A program made the position numbers and the translations under genes. From contig NC_135903.1 in the NCBI RefSeq assembly GCF_964194155.1, forward strand, positions 8,308,001 to 8,372,000: a stretch of DNA of 64,000 nucleotides. The letters run 5' to 3'. A model generated the notes under the pieces. It ran no database searches. It was not told the origin of the DNA and saw only the letters and a list, made by a program, of their open reading frames with translations. Of this stretch, positions 51,901-64,000 are shown one piece after another. This stretch comes from Cetorhinus maximus. Its lineage: Eukaryota. The first letter of the stretch is position 1. Each line of letters begins with the position of its first letter.

Positions 51901-54469
51901 GAAACATTAACTCCTGTTTTTCTCTCTCCACAGATGCTGCCAGACCTGCTGAATATTTTTAGCATTTTCTGTTTCCTTATGTAGAAGCAGAAATTGGCCA
52001 TTCAGCCCCTTGAGCCTGTTCCACCAGTCAATTAGATCATGGCTTATCTGCATCTTAATTGAAACACATTTCATTGAAGCATATCAAATTCTTAGAGGGA
52101 TTCTCACTAGGTGCTGAAAGTCTGTTTCTCTGATTGAAGAATCTAGAACTAGGGGTCTCTTCTCTCTGAGGGTCATGAATAATTGGAATTCTCTACACCA
52201 GAGAGACCTGAAGGCCAAGACATTCAATATAGTCAAGCCTGAGGTGACAAATTCTCGCACAAAAGGGTTATAGGGAACAGACAGGAAAGCAGAGTGCAGG
52301 CGAATATCAGATCAGCCATGATCTTACTGAATGGCGGAGCAGCATGAGGGGCCGAATGGCCTACTCTTGTACTACAGTCTCAGAATAAGGGGTCGGCCAT
52401 TTAGGACTGGGATGAGAAGAAATTTATTCGTTCGAAGGGTTGTAAAACTTTGGAATTCTCTACTCCAGAGGTTGTGGATGCTCCTTGAGTATTTTCAAGT
52501 TGAGATTGATTTTGAACACTAAGGTAATTAAGGGTTATCAGAACAGGGTGGGAAAGTGGAGTTAAGGTAGAAGATCAACCATAATATTATTGAATGGCGG
52601 AGCTGGCTGGAAGGGCTGAATGATCTACTCCTGTTCCTACCTCATGTTCATAGCTCTACCTACCTGCAACTGGCTAACAGGGCAGCAACTAGAGTGAGGT
52701 TATGCATTTTCTGTTACTGATGCTCTCGCAAAAATTCAGTACCTGCTGCTACAATGACTCAGTTTGTAAATATAATGCTTGGTGTGATGCTGAAACAGAC
52801 AGACTGGATCACCTTAGGTTCAATCCACACAAAGTATTGAGTTGGCTGATCTCAACCAGGGCGACAACAGATGTGAGCCAATTGATGACAACACCTTGGC
52901 AAAATGACCATGTCTTGACATTAGGCGAGAATTGGATTCAAATATGATGCCTATTACAGTCAAACAGCCAGTTGACATTTACTGCTAAAGATAACACATG
53001 AGGAATAGCTACTTATACTTAGTTCAGGGCGACTGCTACCATGTATGGAACTGTGACCTAGTGTGAAATAAGATCCCTAGGTGAGGAAAGGTGAAAATTG
53101 GTGTTTGCTCATGTCTGCAAACATTCCAGGGCTGTAGTGTTTGTGATATGGCATGTACTGCATACACAGCACATAAAAAAAGACCTGTATTTATATTGTG
53201 CCTTACATAAATTCAGGACGTCCCAAAGTCTTTTACATCCATTGAAGTACTTTTGAAGTACAGTCACTATTGCAATGTAGGAGGCACTGCAGCCAATTTG
53301 TGCACAGCAAGCTCCCACAATCAACAATGTGACAATGACCAGATAATCTATTTCAGTGATGTCGATAAACATTGGTCAGGGCACCGAGGTATCTTCCAAA
53401 CTAGTGCTAAGGATCTTTTAAGTCCACCTGAGAGGGCGGACAGGATTTCAGTTTTAACATCTCAGCTGAATGTTGGCACCCCCAACAGTACAGCACTCTC
53501 TCAGTACCGCGTTGACACGGCCTGGGTATTTACACTGAAATCTCTGGAGTGCGGTTTGAACCCACAGCCTTCTGACTTAGAGGCAAGCCGTCTACCAGCC
53601 GAGTCACGGCTGACACTCATTGCTGATTTCCTAGACCTCGCGAAAGGTTTTAGAGATATTTTTGTGCAGGTTGTTCAGTGCTTCCTGTCACAGCCCTGTG
53701 GCTGCTCTCAGCTGGGTGGGCAGCTGTGTGATCTTCCCTTTCCTTTTGCACGGTTGAGTGACTATGCGAACGTGTCCACGTACGTATGGGGGCGTTCATT
53801 GCGTGTGTGCGTGTGTTGGTGGAAGGAGGTAGAGAAGAGGGAGAGAGTGCTGATGCACATTATCTGTTTCTGGCATAGTTCAAGAATGAAACCCAGACGA
53901 TGGCCACGTACAGTGGGACTTGGTGTTTTATTTTAAATTTTGATTTGGAGTTGGAGAGGCTGGTGCCCCGTCACTGGTTTCTGGGCCCACGCTGTTAAAT
54001 CAGTTTTCTGTAGACCCTTCAATCCGTCACTGCACTGCTGTCAAAACAGGATCAGCAAGTCGACTGCTAACTAAACCAGCAGCTGAGCCCTGGAACTTCC
54101 TGGCTCACATATGGAGGCTTAACCTCAGAATCAGTTTGATGGACATTATACCCTACACGGATAATTTGGGATTACCATGATGGGGGTTTTGTCTCACCTA
54201 CAAATCAGATTACTGCCTTGTAACATCTACATGGACTGGCAGTACTGTAGGCTGAAATATTAACCTCTTCAACTATCAGCTAAATAATGGGGTTAAGTCA
54301 CAACAATGATTATCGCACTCTCCCTAACATGATCAGCCACAACAATGATTAATCACACTCTCTCCAACATGACCCTGGCTACTGCCAAAACAAAGCAAGC
54401 AGCAGCAGCACACACAACTCTACCAGGACATACCTCACCTGGGGTGAGCTTCTGATCACATATTCACAA

Positions 54470-55140
54470 CATAAGCAACACTGGTCACTTCCACCTCAAC
54501 AACATTGTCTGACTCTGCCCTGTCCCAGCTCATCTGCTTCTGTATCCCTCATCCATACCCTTGTTACCTCTAGACTTGACTATTGCAATGCTCTCCTGAC
54601 CAACCTTCCATCTTCCACCCTCCATAAATGTGAGCTCAAACAAACCTCTGCTGCCCATGTCCTAACTCGCACCAAGTCCTGTTCATCCATCATCCCTGTT
54701 CTCGCTATCCTAGATTGAGTTATTGCCAGAGGGGGAGCCAATTTTAAAATTCTCATCCTTGTTTTCAAATCTCTCCATGGTCTCACCCCTTCCTATCTCT
54801 GCAATCTCTCCAGTCCCACAACCCCCATCACCCCAGATATTAGCACTCTAATTTTTGCTTCTTGTGAATGCTTGATTTCAATTGCTCCACCATGGGCAGC
54901 TATACCTTCAGCTGTCCGGGCCCTAAGCTCTGGAATTCCCTCCCTTAAACTCTCTGCCTCTGTCTCCTCCTTTAAGACATTCTGTAAAACCTACTCCTTT
55001 GACCCAGCTTTTGATCATCTGTCCTAATTTCTCCTTACGCTGCTTGATGTCAAATTTTGTTTTTAACACTCCTACAAAGTGTCTTGGGGGCCTTTCACTA
55101 CATTAAAGGTGCTATATAAATGCAAGAGGCTGTTGTTGAT
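54470..55140 (+). mobile_element. L2-clade LINE 3' fragment (others at about 930-1470 +, 4920-5375 +, 11410-12090 -, 13845-14160 -, 59110-59535 -)
   Basis: SRLDYCNALL...FKILILVFKSLHG...LWNSLP and tail aaggtgctatataaatgcaag. The 11830-12153 copy encodes YADNTQLY, an L2-type YADDTQLY. Confidence 0.88.
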
Positions 55141-55999
55141 ATTTACATCCATTCTCATGACCTCCTTGATATGTTGCTACTGCGCCACACTCTACCCTAT
55201 GTACCCATTACACATCATCAATCTTAACGCTCACCATTTCATTTTATCTTATCCCCTTTTTCCTCCTCTCCTTTTGGGAGTCCTGTTGGACAACAGGTAC
55301 CCTTCCCTTGCTTTCCAGGCCAACTGTTCAAGCCTCCTTGGCCAGAGTAGCTGTGTAAACAAGCTATTCCACTTTGAGACTCATTACAACCAAGACTCAA
55401 TCCTGTCCTTGGCACCCCCAATGTCCAGCCCTGGTAACTGAACAACGATCAGGGGGTGGCATGGAGGCTGCTATTTCCCAACCAGAACCCTCGGGCACTG
55501 AGCCCAATGCCACATTGCTGCCCTTACTGAGATCAGCTGATCAATATTTGTTTATTTATTCATTCACGAGATGCTAGGCCAGCATTTGCTGCCCATCCTG
55601 AATTGCCCCTGAACAGGTGGTGCTGGTTACGTTACTGGTCTAGCGAGCTGGAGGCCAGGCCCGATAATTCAGAGAACAGGAATTGAAATCCATGCTGTGA
55701 CAACTGTAGCATTTTAATTTAGTTTAAAAATGAAAGCTGGAAATAAAAAAAATTTAAAATAGCCTCAGTAAAAATGACTATGAAGATGTGAGACTGTCAG
55801 AGAAACCCAACTGGTTCACTCACTGTCCTACCATGGAAAGGAACCTGTCATTTTTAGCAGGTATGTGCAAATCCAAGTTACACAGCAACTCTTAGCGATT
55901 TGGGATGTTAAAAGGTGCTACATAAATGAAAGCTAGTGTTAACTGTGCTCCAAAAGTGGCCCAGTATCTCACATTTTGTATCAAACTACCCCTTAGCAG

Positions 56000-56178
56000 A
56001 TTGGGTCAAAATCCTGGAACTCCCTCCCTAACAGCACCGTGGGTGTACCTACACTGCATGGACTGCAGCGGTTCAAGGGGGCGGCTCATCAAGGCGCTCT
56101 CAAGGGCAATGACAGATTGGCAATAAATGCTGGCTTTGCCAACAGCACTCGCATCCCACGAGTGAATTAAAAAAAAAT
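56000..56178 (+). mobile_element. LINE 3' end with A-tail sharing its terminus with the second SINE family
   Basis: SWNSLPNSTVGVPTLHGLQRFK, then ggcaataaatgctggc...catcccacgagtgaattaaaaaaaaa. Confidence 0.75.
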
Positions 56179-56196
56179 CCCAATCGCGGGTGGTAC

Positions 56197-56476
56197 CTTG
56201 CTGAAATGGACTCGGTGATGATACAGTGGCAACACTGGTCGTGCTCTTCCCGCCACCTGGCTTTCGTCCCCTTTGGCCGGAGCCATGACTGGGAGCCTTC
56301 TTCCCTTTGACCTCCGACCTGGCGACCTCTGCCGTCTCCTTCCCGCTCACGTGTGGCGCAGATGCTCCCTGGAAATGTTTATTGGTAAAGGGAGCTGTGG
56401 TTTCATCCAAACCTCTCAAGGTCCCTGACATGTAGCTGCGACTGCTGCTGCTGCTGCTGCCAGCAGTTGTGCAAGT
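56197..56476 (-). CDS. MLLT6: MLLT6/AF17 coding exon (280 nt, phase 0/1): TCTTAGSSSSSSRSYMSGTLRGLDETT...GQRGRKPGGGKS...SPFQQ
   Basis: Inside ORF 56006..56611. Acceptor aactatcag|ACT, donor CAAG|gtacca. KGKK..SH..GQRGRKPGGG is an AF10/AF17-family segment. Confidence 0.92.
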
Positions 56477-58973
56477 CTGATAGTTATTAGTTAGATAAAA
56501 CAAAAGGGGAAAAAAAACAACAGCGCAGAAACTTCTCATTAGTTTTTTTTTAAAAGAAAAGAATTTCAATCGTAGAATTGGCCTGTAGGGCAGAGAAACA
56601 GCTGGAATCATGAAACAGAACAGATGTGCATTGCACCAGAGGCACTTCTAAATTTCAGGGGAAGAACTTAAGCAAAAGTTTAAATAAGGAAGTTTTGATT
56701 CACGCCAGTAAGATTAAAACAACTCATCAAACAGGTAAGTAGCCGATGAGTGAAGACTGCTGCAGGAGAGTGCCAGAATTAACTGCTCTACAAAAGGCTA
56801 CTTTGTAATTACACGCTCTACTGCATACCCGTGTTTGTCTTTGTGAAAAAATCATTCATTCTGTGATATTCCTGGATCAATTTTACACAGCACAGGAGGT
56901 GGCCATTCAGCCCATTGAACCTGTGCCAGTTCTTTGAAAGGGCTCCCAGTCCCCTTTCAAATATTCCCCCTTCAAATATATATCTAACTCCCTCTTGAAA
57001 TTTACCATTAAATCTGCTCCCACCACCCTTTCAGACACTGCAACACAAAAGGTGCGAGGGTTAATTGTCCAATTCCGTGTGTCCTGCAGGCAGCACTGTT
57101 CAGTGTGCAGGCAGGGAGTTGGCACAACAGCGATGTAGCCTTATCTCCGAATCTCAGCTCACTACCGTGAGGGCAAATTTCAGTGAATTTATCCCATAGG
57201 TTTTAAAATTAATGACCCAACAGTTCTATCTTTACTAACGGATACTACTTACATCAAGTGAACAGTGCAGAAACAGGCCATTCACTCCATGCTCTACATG
57301 AACATCCTCCCAGTCATCTTCATCTAACTCCATCAGGGTAACATTCTATCCCTTTTTCCTCCATGCATTTACACAGCCTCCCCTTAATTGCATTGATACT
57401 ATTTATTCCTTGTGGTAGTGAGTTCCACATTCTAACCACCACATGGGCATAGAAGTTTCTTCTGAATTCCCAAACGGAATTATTGGTGACTATCTTATAT
57501 TGATGGGGAAGTCTGGTGGCACAGTGGGTAGCCTTACTGCCTCAGAGTCAGAAGCTCCGGAATGAATCCCACCACAGGACTTGATGGCCAAGGAAGGTGC
57601 ATTTATAAGGTGGCCAAACAGGTTGATTATCAACCTACCAATCCTTCCAACACAGGCGGTAAGGGCAGGATAAATTCTTGGTCAGCCATGAGTTGGAGCC
57701 TATACCATCACTTTCCATAGCTCCAGGCTACAACATGCATGTAAACAGCACATGTTGTCACAGCACTGAGTGAGCTGTGACACACCACTACCATCTTACA
57801 CAAGTGCAAACATCTTCTCTATGTCTAGCCTATCCCTTCATAATCTTGAAAACCCCTATCAGATTAGCCCTCAACCTACTTAGCACAAGTCTCTCACTAG
57901 CCCAGCACAGACCAGGGTTTCAAGCCCAATCTGTGTAGCTCAGTAACATCGCTACTGGTGCATTTCCCCACTGAGCTATTGTAAGAACTGATACTCTGGC
58001 CGCTTTACCCTGCACAGCCCTGACAATCCTTTTTTACTAATGTTAATATTTATATTAAATCGCATTCTGTGCACATATTCCACCAAGTGACCTCTGAAAG
58101 TGCATTCTTATAAGCATTATTACGGCACTCTCCAATACAACATATAACACTGAACATACTCTATTACACAAACAGGATGAAGACATTCCCGCAGCAGGAC
58201 ATTTTTATATTACTCCCAAGGACAGTTTTTTTTTTACAGATGGCCCATTGTATCAGCAGAACCCGAAGATCTCTTCATCCATTACATTCTGTGTGTTATG
58301 TGCATCATCGTCTATAGAATTATGACTTGACTGTTGAGTCTATAAGTTTGACCCCCAACAGTCTCCTACAGTTCTTCCAAATAAAGGTAAAATGATGGAC
58401 AGCTTAAGGGCTTGCACATTTTCACATTAACAAAATGAAAATAACAACGAAGGTACGGATTAGCGCATAGGGGCATCTGCATAACAGATGCCAGCACACT
58501 GGGGACACAAGGGCACCAGCAGATCATACTAGGTGCCACCTTTGACGGAGAAATTAGAAGGAATATTTTCGCATATGGCATGTGTTATCAAAAGGGGAAG
58601 AGTCAGTCACAGTATTTACCAACGAATTAGATAAACACTTGAAGGAGAATGATGCTAATGGATACAGGCAATAGGCCAGGAAAGGGGAGTAGAGAAGGAA
58701 GTTTGATGTGGAACCAGAGCCAACATCGGCATTCCAGGTCAAACGGTCTCAGTTGGTGCTGAAATTTCAGTCACTCTATGATTCAGAACCGGAGCTGTTG
58801 TTTGACAAGTGTTCAACTGCCTGAGCACCAGGTGTAAGTGTGAAAACAAACATAAGGCAGATAAACTGAGAGGCACTGCGCTGGTGATCAAGTAACTGAA
58901 TGTCCTCATTTGGGCGGGTTTAAGCTAGAAGGGCCTAGGGACTGTTTACTTTGTAACGTCAACATGCACTTAC

Positions 58974-59069
58974 CTTTTCTGTTGTTACAGTGACTGTGCT
59001 AACAACTGTGCTCAACGATTCTGTGGCTTTCTTGAGTTTCTGCTTTGGCCTTTCCCTGTCTTTCCGACT
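58974..59069 (-). CDS. MLLT6: MLLT6/AF17 coding exon (96 nt, phase 0/0): SRKDRERPKQKLKKATESLSTVVSTVTVTTEK
   Basis: Acceptor ttttgcag|AGT, donor AAG|gtaagt. Peptide resembles AF17 SRKDKERLKQKHKK and AF10 SLTVTTEK. Too short for the ORF track. Confidence 0.9.
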
Positions 59070-60372
59070 CTGCAAAATAATGAATAAAAAGTCTGCAATT
59101 TGCTTCACAAAACTTGCATTTACATAGCACCTTTAACATAGTAAAACGCCCCAAGGCGTACATTATCAGGTAAAACTGGACACCGAGCTATATAAGGAGA
59201 TAGTAGGACAGGTGACCGAAAGTCTGGTCAAAGGGGTGGCTTGTAAGGATCATCTTAAAGAAAGAAGAGTGAGGGAGAGGTTTAGGGAGGGAATTCCAGA
59301 GCTCAGGGCAGAGACAACGCAAGTCACAATTGCCAATTGGTGGCGCGATGAAAATCGTGAATGCACAAGAGGCCGGAATTGAAGAAACTCAGAGCTCAGA
59401 AGATTGTAGGGCAGGAGGAGGATACAGAGATAGGGAGGAGTGAGGCTATGGAAGGATTTGAGCACAGGATGAATATTTTAAACTCGAGTGGCCTCTGGAC
59501 TGAGAACTAATGTAGATCAGCGAGCACAGGGGTGATAGAAACAGGCAATTTTTTTTTACATAACTAATTTACTTTTCCTGTGAAGACCTCGATTCTTAAT
59601 GGTATATAATCACTGGCATCAGATGCACCCTGGTAACTTACACAAGGGAATGTTATTCATAATCATTAATCAAACTTGGATGGTTCGTGTGGGCAGACTG
59701 TGTGACCTCAAGGGCATCGCAGCTGAGCCTGATCCAGATTTCCCCCCACTCGCATGGGCGTTTTCCAGCAAGGGGGCCCGTGGGCCATCATCAGGTGTGG
59801 AAACTTGGACCATTTACCTCTTTTCTCTCTCTAAACACTGAGGCCAACTGTAGCCCACTTACTGCTACCCTGACTGCCATCAGCTAACTTAGCAGAGCCC
59901 AGGGGATGAACACTGAACACATTTGAATCTGTACACACTCACTGAATCATGAGAAGTGGATGGAATAAAAGGAGTTCATTCCCTTGGAAGTATGATAAAG
60001 CTTCGCTAAAACAACCACCGATGACATTTGGTATATAATGAATAGGGGCACACAGTATAAGAGAATAAATAACGATGAATTGATACAACATACTGGGTAG
60101 GGTCAACCGTGGCTCAGTTGGTAGCACGCTCGCCTGTAAGTCAGAAGGCTGTGACTTCAAGGCTCACTCCAGAAACTCGAGCACAGAAATCCTGGCTGAC
60201 GCTCCCACCGAAGTACTGAAGGAGTGCTGCACTGTCAGAGGTGCCGTCTTTCAGATAAGATGGCCATTCGAGACCCCACATGCCATCTCAGTGAGACATG
60301 GTGCTATTTTGCAAAAGAGTATCCCCAGGGTCCTGGCCAATATTTATCCCTCAATGTCATTATCACATTGCT

Positions 60373-60524
60373 ATTTCAAGTCCACATGACTCTTCATCAG
60401 AAGTCATTTTCCTCTTTAGTTCTGATGAAGAGTCATACTGACTCGAAACGTTAACTCTGTCTTCCTCTCCACAGATGCTGTCAGACCTGCTGAGTTTTTC
60501 CAGCAATTTTTGTTTTTGTTCCAG
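60373..60524. mobile_element. Hammerhead-bearing non-autonomous Penelope-like element, head-to-head (short minus arm 60373-60404, plus arm about 60405-60524)
   Basis: 60386-60402 is the exact reverse complement of 60420-60436. The family tail ccacagatgctgtcagacctgctgagtttttccagca follows. Confidence 0.75.
60418..60456 (+). ncRNA. Minimal type I hammerhead ribozyme motif, intact core
   Basis: AGTT-CTGATGA-A-GAGTCA(TAC)TGACTC-GAAA-CG-T-T-AACT: stem I AGUU/AACU, stem II of 6 bp, palindromic ACGU in place of stem III. Predicted cleavage after 60452. Confidence 0.75.
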
Positions 60525-63189
60525 GGATGGTAACTATGGTTAGGAGGAAGGATGTGCAATATTGAGAGTATTTACCCTGGAGCAGAAAAGTCTAAGGGTA
60601 AACTTAATAGGGCTTTGCAGTTATGAAGGGTGTTGACCAGGGAACTAGGGCAAGACAAAGGTTGGAGGCTCAGGACTGAGGGGGTTATCAATTTATAATT
60701 CTCACAGAGTATACTGAGAGCTGAGTTGTTAAAAGGGTGGAATGCATGGCCATGGGAGGCAGCAGGCCAGTGGGAATAGATAGGAATTGGAGCTAGGAGA
60801 AACATGATCGGCCAAATGGCCTCCTTCAGTGCTGTAAACTTCTATGGTTTCCATTTTATTTCTCCAATTTGGGGAAATGCAGTGAAATCATGTCTGGGTT
60901 CAAACAGTGGCAAACGCTGGCCCAGCGAGCGATGCACATACCCCCTGAAAGAATAAAAAAGACCTAGCCAGGGAGAAAAAAAAAACCAACACGTGGAACA
61001 ATTTTGTCACTTCTAACTTTCCAAGAAAGTTTAAGGCAACAGAAAGTAGGTGGTGAGGGATAATTTGCTGACAAGGCTATAGTTTGAGAGCTCGGAGGAA
61101 GTGGGAAACTGGCCTGAATTGCCAGTCCCGCTTGCTGTTCCAGTGAGCCCTTGCTGGAAAGCGCCTGTATGCACGAGGACAGGATCTGACCTAGCTGTGA
61201 AGCTCTCCCTAGTCAAACAGCCCACTGGCACTCACTGTAGGCTTCGCCTTGTAGAACTGATGCTCACTGGAGCCACTGCCGATGCAGTCACATCATTCAC
61301 AAGAGTAAGAGTCAGCAGTGACTGGAGGGGAGGGTGGAAATTCAACGCAATAAAGGAAGTTGAAACCTTCTGGAGATAAAGCATTTGGAAGCTCACTTAA
61401 ATATGAATTATTGATTTTCTCACGTTAATGGCCACATTTACTGAACACTTCCACATTAAGATTTCAGAGGGTCATATGAATTGCAAGATGAGAATAGTTC
61501 ACGTTCTACCATGGAGCAGGGTAATGGAGTGTTTTTTTTAAAATCTGGAATTAAAAGTCTGATGATGACCACAAAACCATTGCCGATTGTTGTAAAAACC
61601 CCATCTGGTTCACTAGTGTCCATTCAGGAAGGAAATCTGCCGTTCTTACCTAGTCTGGCCTACATGTGACTCCAGATCCACAGCGTTGTGGCTGACTCAT
61701 AAATGCTCTCTGAACAAGGGGCAATTAGGGATGGGCAATAAATGCTGGCCTGGCCAGTGACGCTCACCTCCCATAGACGAATTTTTAAAAAAATCATAGC
61801 AATCAATTACTTATCAATTAATCCACAAGAGACCGAGACGTATGGCAAGAAGAACCTCAGAGGAGAGCTTTGGGGAATACTTTACACAGAGGGTGTTTAG
61901 AATACAGGGCTCACTGGAAAATGGACTGTTTGAGGCTAATAGTATAAATGCATTTAAAATGAAGAAAAATAAGTACATGACAGAGAAAAGGCTAGCAGGG
62001 CAGGTTGACAGGGTGTAATGAAGAAGGGTGGAAAGAGGCTCCTGTGAAGTGTAAAGAACAGCGTAGACCACTTGGGCTGAATGATCTGCTTTTGCGCTGT
62101 TAATCATCAGCCAGAGCTCACTTGGTAGCATTCTCGCCTGCGAGTCAGAAAATACTGGTTGTGGGTTCAAGACCCACTCCAGGACTTGAGCACAAAAATC
62201 AAGACTGACAGTCCAACGCAGTGCTGAGGGGGAGCTGCACTGTCAGAGGTGCTAAGCTTTGATGAGACGTTAAATCGAGGCCCCATCTTCCCTCTTGGGT
62301 GGATGTGTAAATTCCCATGGCACTATTTTGAAAAGCAGGGGAGTTGTCCCCAGTGTACTGGTCAATATTTATTCCTCAATCAACCGAACTAAAATGGTTT
62401 TTCTGGTCACTATCCTATTGCTGTTTGTGGGAGCTTGCTGTGTGCAAATTGGCTGCTGCATTTCCTACGTTATAACCGTGACTGCACTTCAAAAAGTACT
62501 TTATTGGCTTTAAGATGCCCAGTGGTGCTATATAAATGCAAGTCTTTCTTTTAATTGTATTTATTTCTATGTATCCATTGGTCTAAAGCTACCTGATCTT
62601 ATCAAGCTTGCTACACTTAATATGTCATGTTTCAAATTACTCATAAACTGTATCCAAAAATGCACATTCATCATTTGACTGGAATTTATTGGTTGTGACT
62701 CCCCAGTATTCTTGGCAAACGAAAGCTCAGTCCAGTCATTTTTACTCGCTGGAAACCCCTGGCCAACATGGGCCGAGCAAAAGGCAGGAGATTTTGTTTA
62801 AAAAAAATAGTCCAGCAATTTCTGAAAATTAGCAGCTGATCTGTCAGCAGCTTAACAGAAAAGAGGCAAGTTAATGGTTAGGGTGAGATCAAAGGTGTGT
62901 CTCAATTGCAGCTCGGGAGCCGCAAGCTTCTTTCCAACTCCTCTGTGAGCAGTGGTGGCAATAGGCCCATGTGTTCTGTGCCATTGCACAAAGCCCCAAG
63001 TGGCTCCAGTAATAGATTTGTCTATTCACATAGAGCGCAAACCAAACCTTTGCCTGTACCCCCATTAGGAAAACACTAACCATGGAAACCTCCTCCAGCT
63101 CCTGCCAGGCAAACACCAACCCTACCCATCTCCCCTGCCAAACACTGACACCAGTCCCGTTCCCCCCTCCCCCACCAGACAAACACTGA

Positions 63190-63287
63190 ATGCTGCCCCC
63201 CTTCCCACCCCGGCATCCGCTGCCCCCCCACTCTCCACCGCCCCCCCACCCCCCACCGCCCCCCCACCCCCCACCACCCCCCCTGCC
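63190..63287 (-). other. C-run tract (G-quadruplex-forming potential in the MLLT6 pre-mRNA); similar at 42363-42460
   Basis: Repeated ccccccac/ccccaccg on + gives many GGGG runs on the transcribed strand. Confidence 0.6.
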
Positions 63288-64000
63288 ACAATGTTGTGGA
63301 GGCCAAGGTAAGATTTGTATTTAAGTAGCATCTTTCATGACCTCGGAATGTCCCAAAGCACTTTACAGCCAATGAAGTACTTTTTGAAATGTGGTCACTG
63401 TTGTCATGTAGGAAACACAGCAGCCAATTTGAGCACAGCAAGCTCCCACAGACTACAATGTGATAAATGACCAGAGAATTTGTTGTAGTGATGCCAGTTT
63501 GGGGGATAAATATTGGCCAGGACCCTGGGGCAGGCTTGTCTACTGACTTACATCCACTCGAGGGGGCAGATGATGCCTCAGTTTAATGTTTCATCTGGCA
63601 CCCTCAGTAGCTGCACTGGGAGTGCCAGGCAGGATTATGGGTCCAAGTCTCTGGAGTGGGGCTTGTATCCAAGACTTTCTGACTAAGAGTGCTGCCCACT
63701 AAGCCATGCCTGGCACTGATTTCTCACCATACTGCCTGGTGAAAGTGGAAGACTTACGTTCCAATTCGTAGCATACTCTGTGACACACACTGCAGCAATC
63801 TCTTGAGGACTGCTCACAGGGTCGCCTGTGCAGATATTTTTCTAGTAAACTTTTCTGAAGTATGCTTTTCAGCAACCAAGAAAATGGGCCAGCAATTTGG
63901 TAACACGTGTGTCAACTGCGCACGCGCCTAAGAATCAGAAAAATTTGAAACAGCAAGTATCACATTATTCACACTGAGCACGTGATAGTTGAGTGAGGCT

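Noticed and set aside
63758-63830. Possible upstream MLLT6 exon ending at a gtaagt donor
   Set aside because: No frame resembles AF10/AF17 and the acceptor lacks a polypyrimidine tract.

Overview
Vertebrate (cartilaginous fish, very probably shark) genomic DNA. The whole window lies inside one minus-strand gene, an MLLT6 (AF17) / MLLT10 (AF10) family DOT1L cofactor, best assigned to MLLT6. I could delimit ten consecutive GT-AG coding exons (59069 down to 3545; 2120 nt, about 706 aa) whose phases chain without a frameshift. They encode the basic/NLS segment, the AT-hook, the octapeptide motif and leucine zipper, and the start of the C-terminal region. The PZP exons and the last exons lie outside the window. 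The introns are packed with repeats: Deu-domain tRNA-SINEs, a second tRNA-SINE family, CR1, L2 and RTE LINE fragments, 3-bp-TSD MITEs and a 24-bp minisatellite. The most interesting signal is two Penelope-like families carrying minimal type I hammerhead ribozyme motifs. They recur as head-to-head inverted insertions, two with 14-bp target-site duplications, and one copy (60418-60456) has a fully intact catalytic core. There is also a frame-preserving candidate cassette exon (31766-31861) and a candidate poison exon (19468-19531). Repeat boundaries are approximate. Comparisons with human AF10/AF17 rely on recalled sequence and need alignment.
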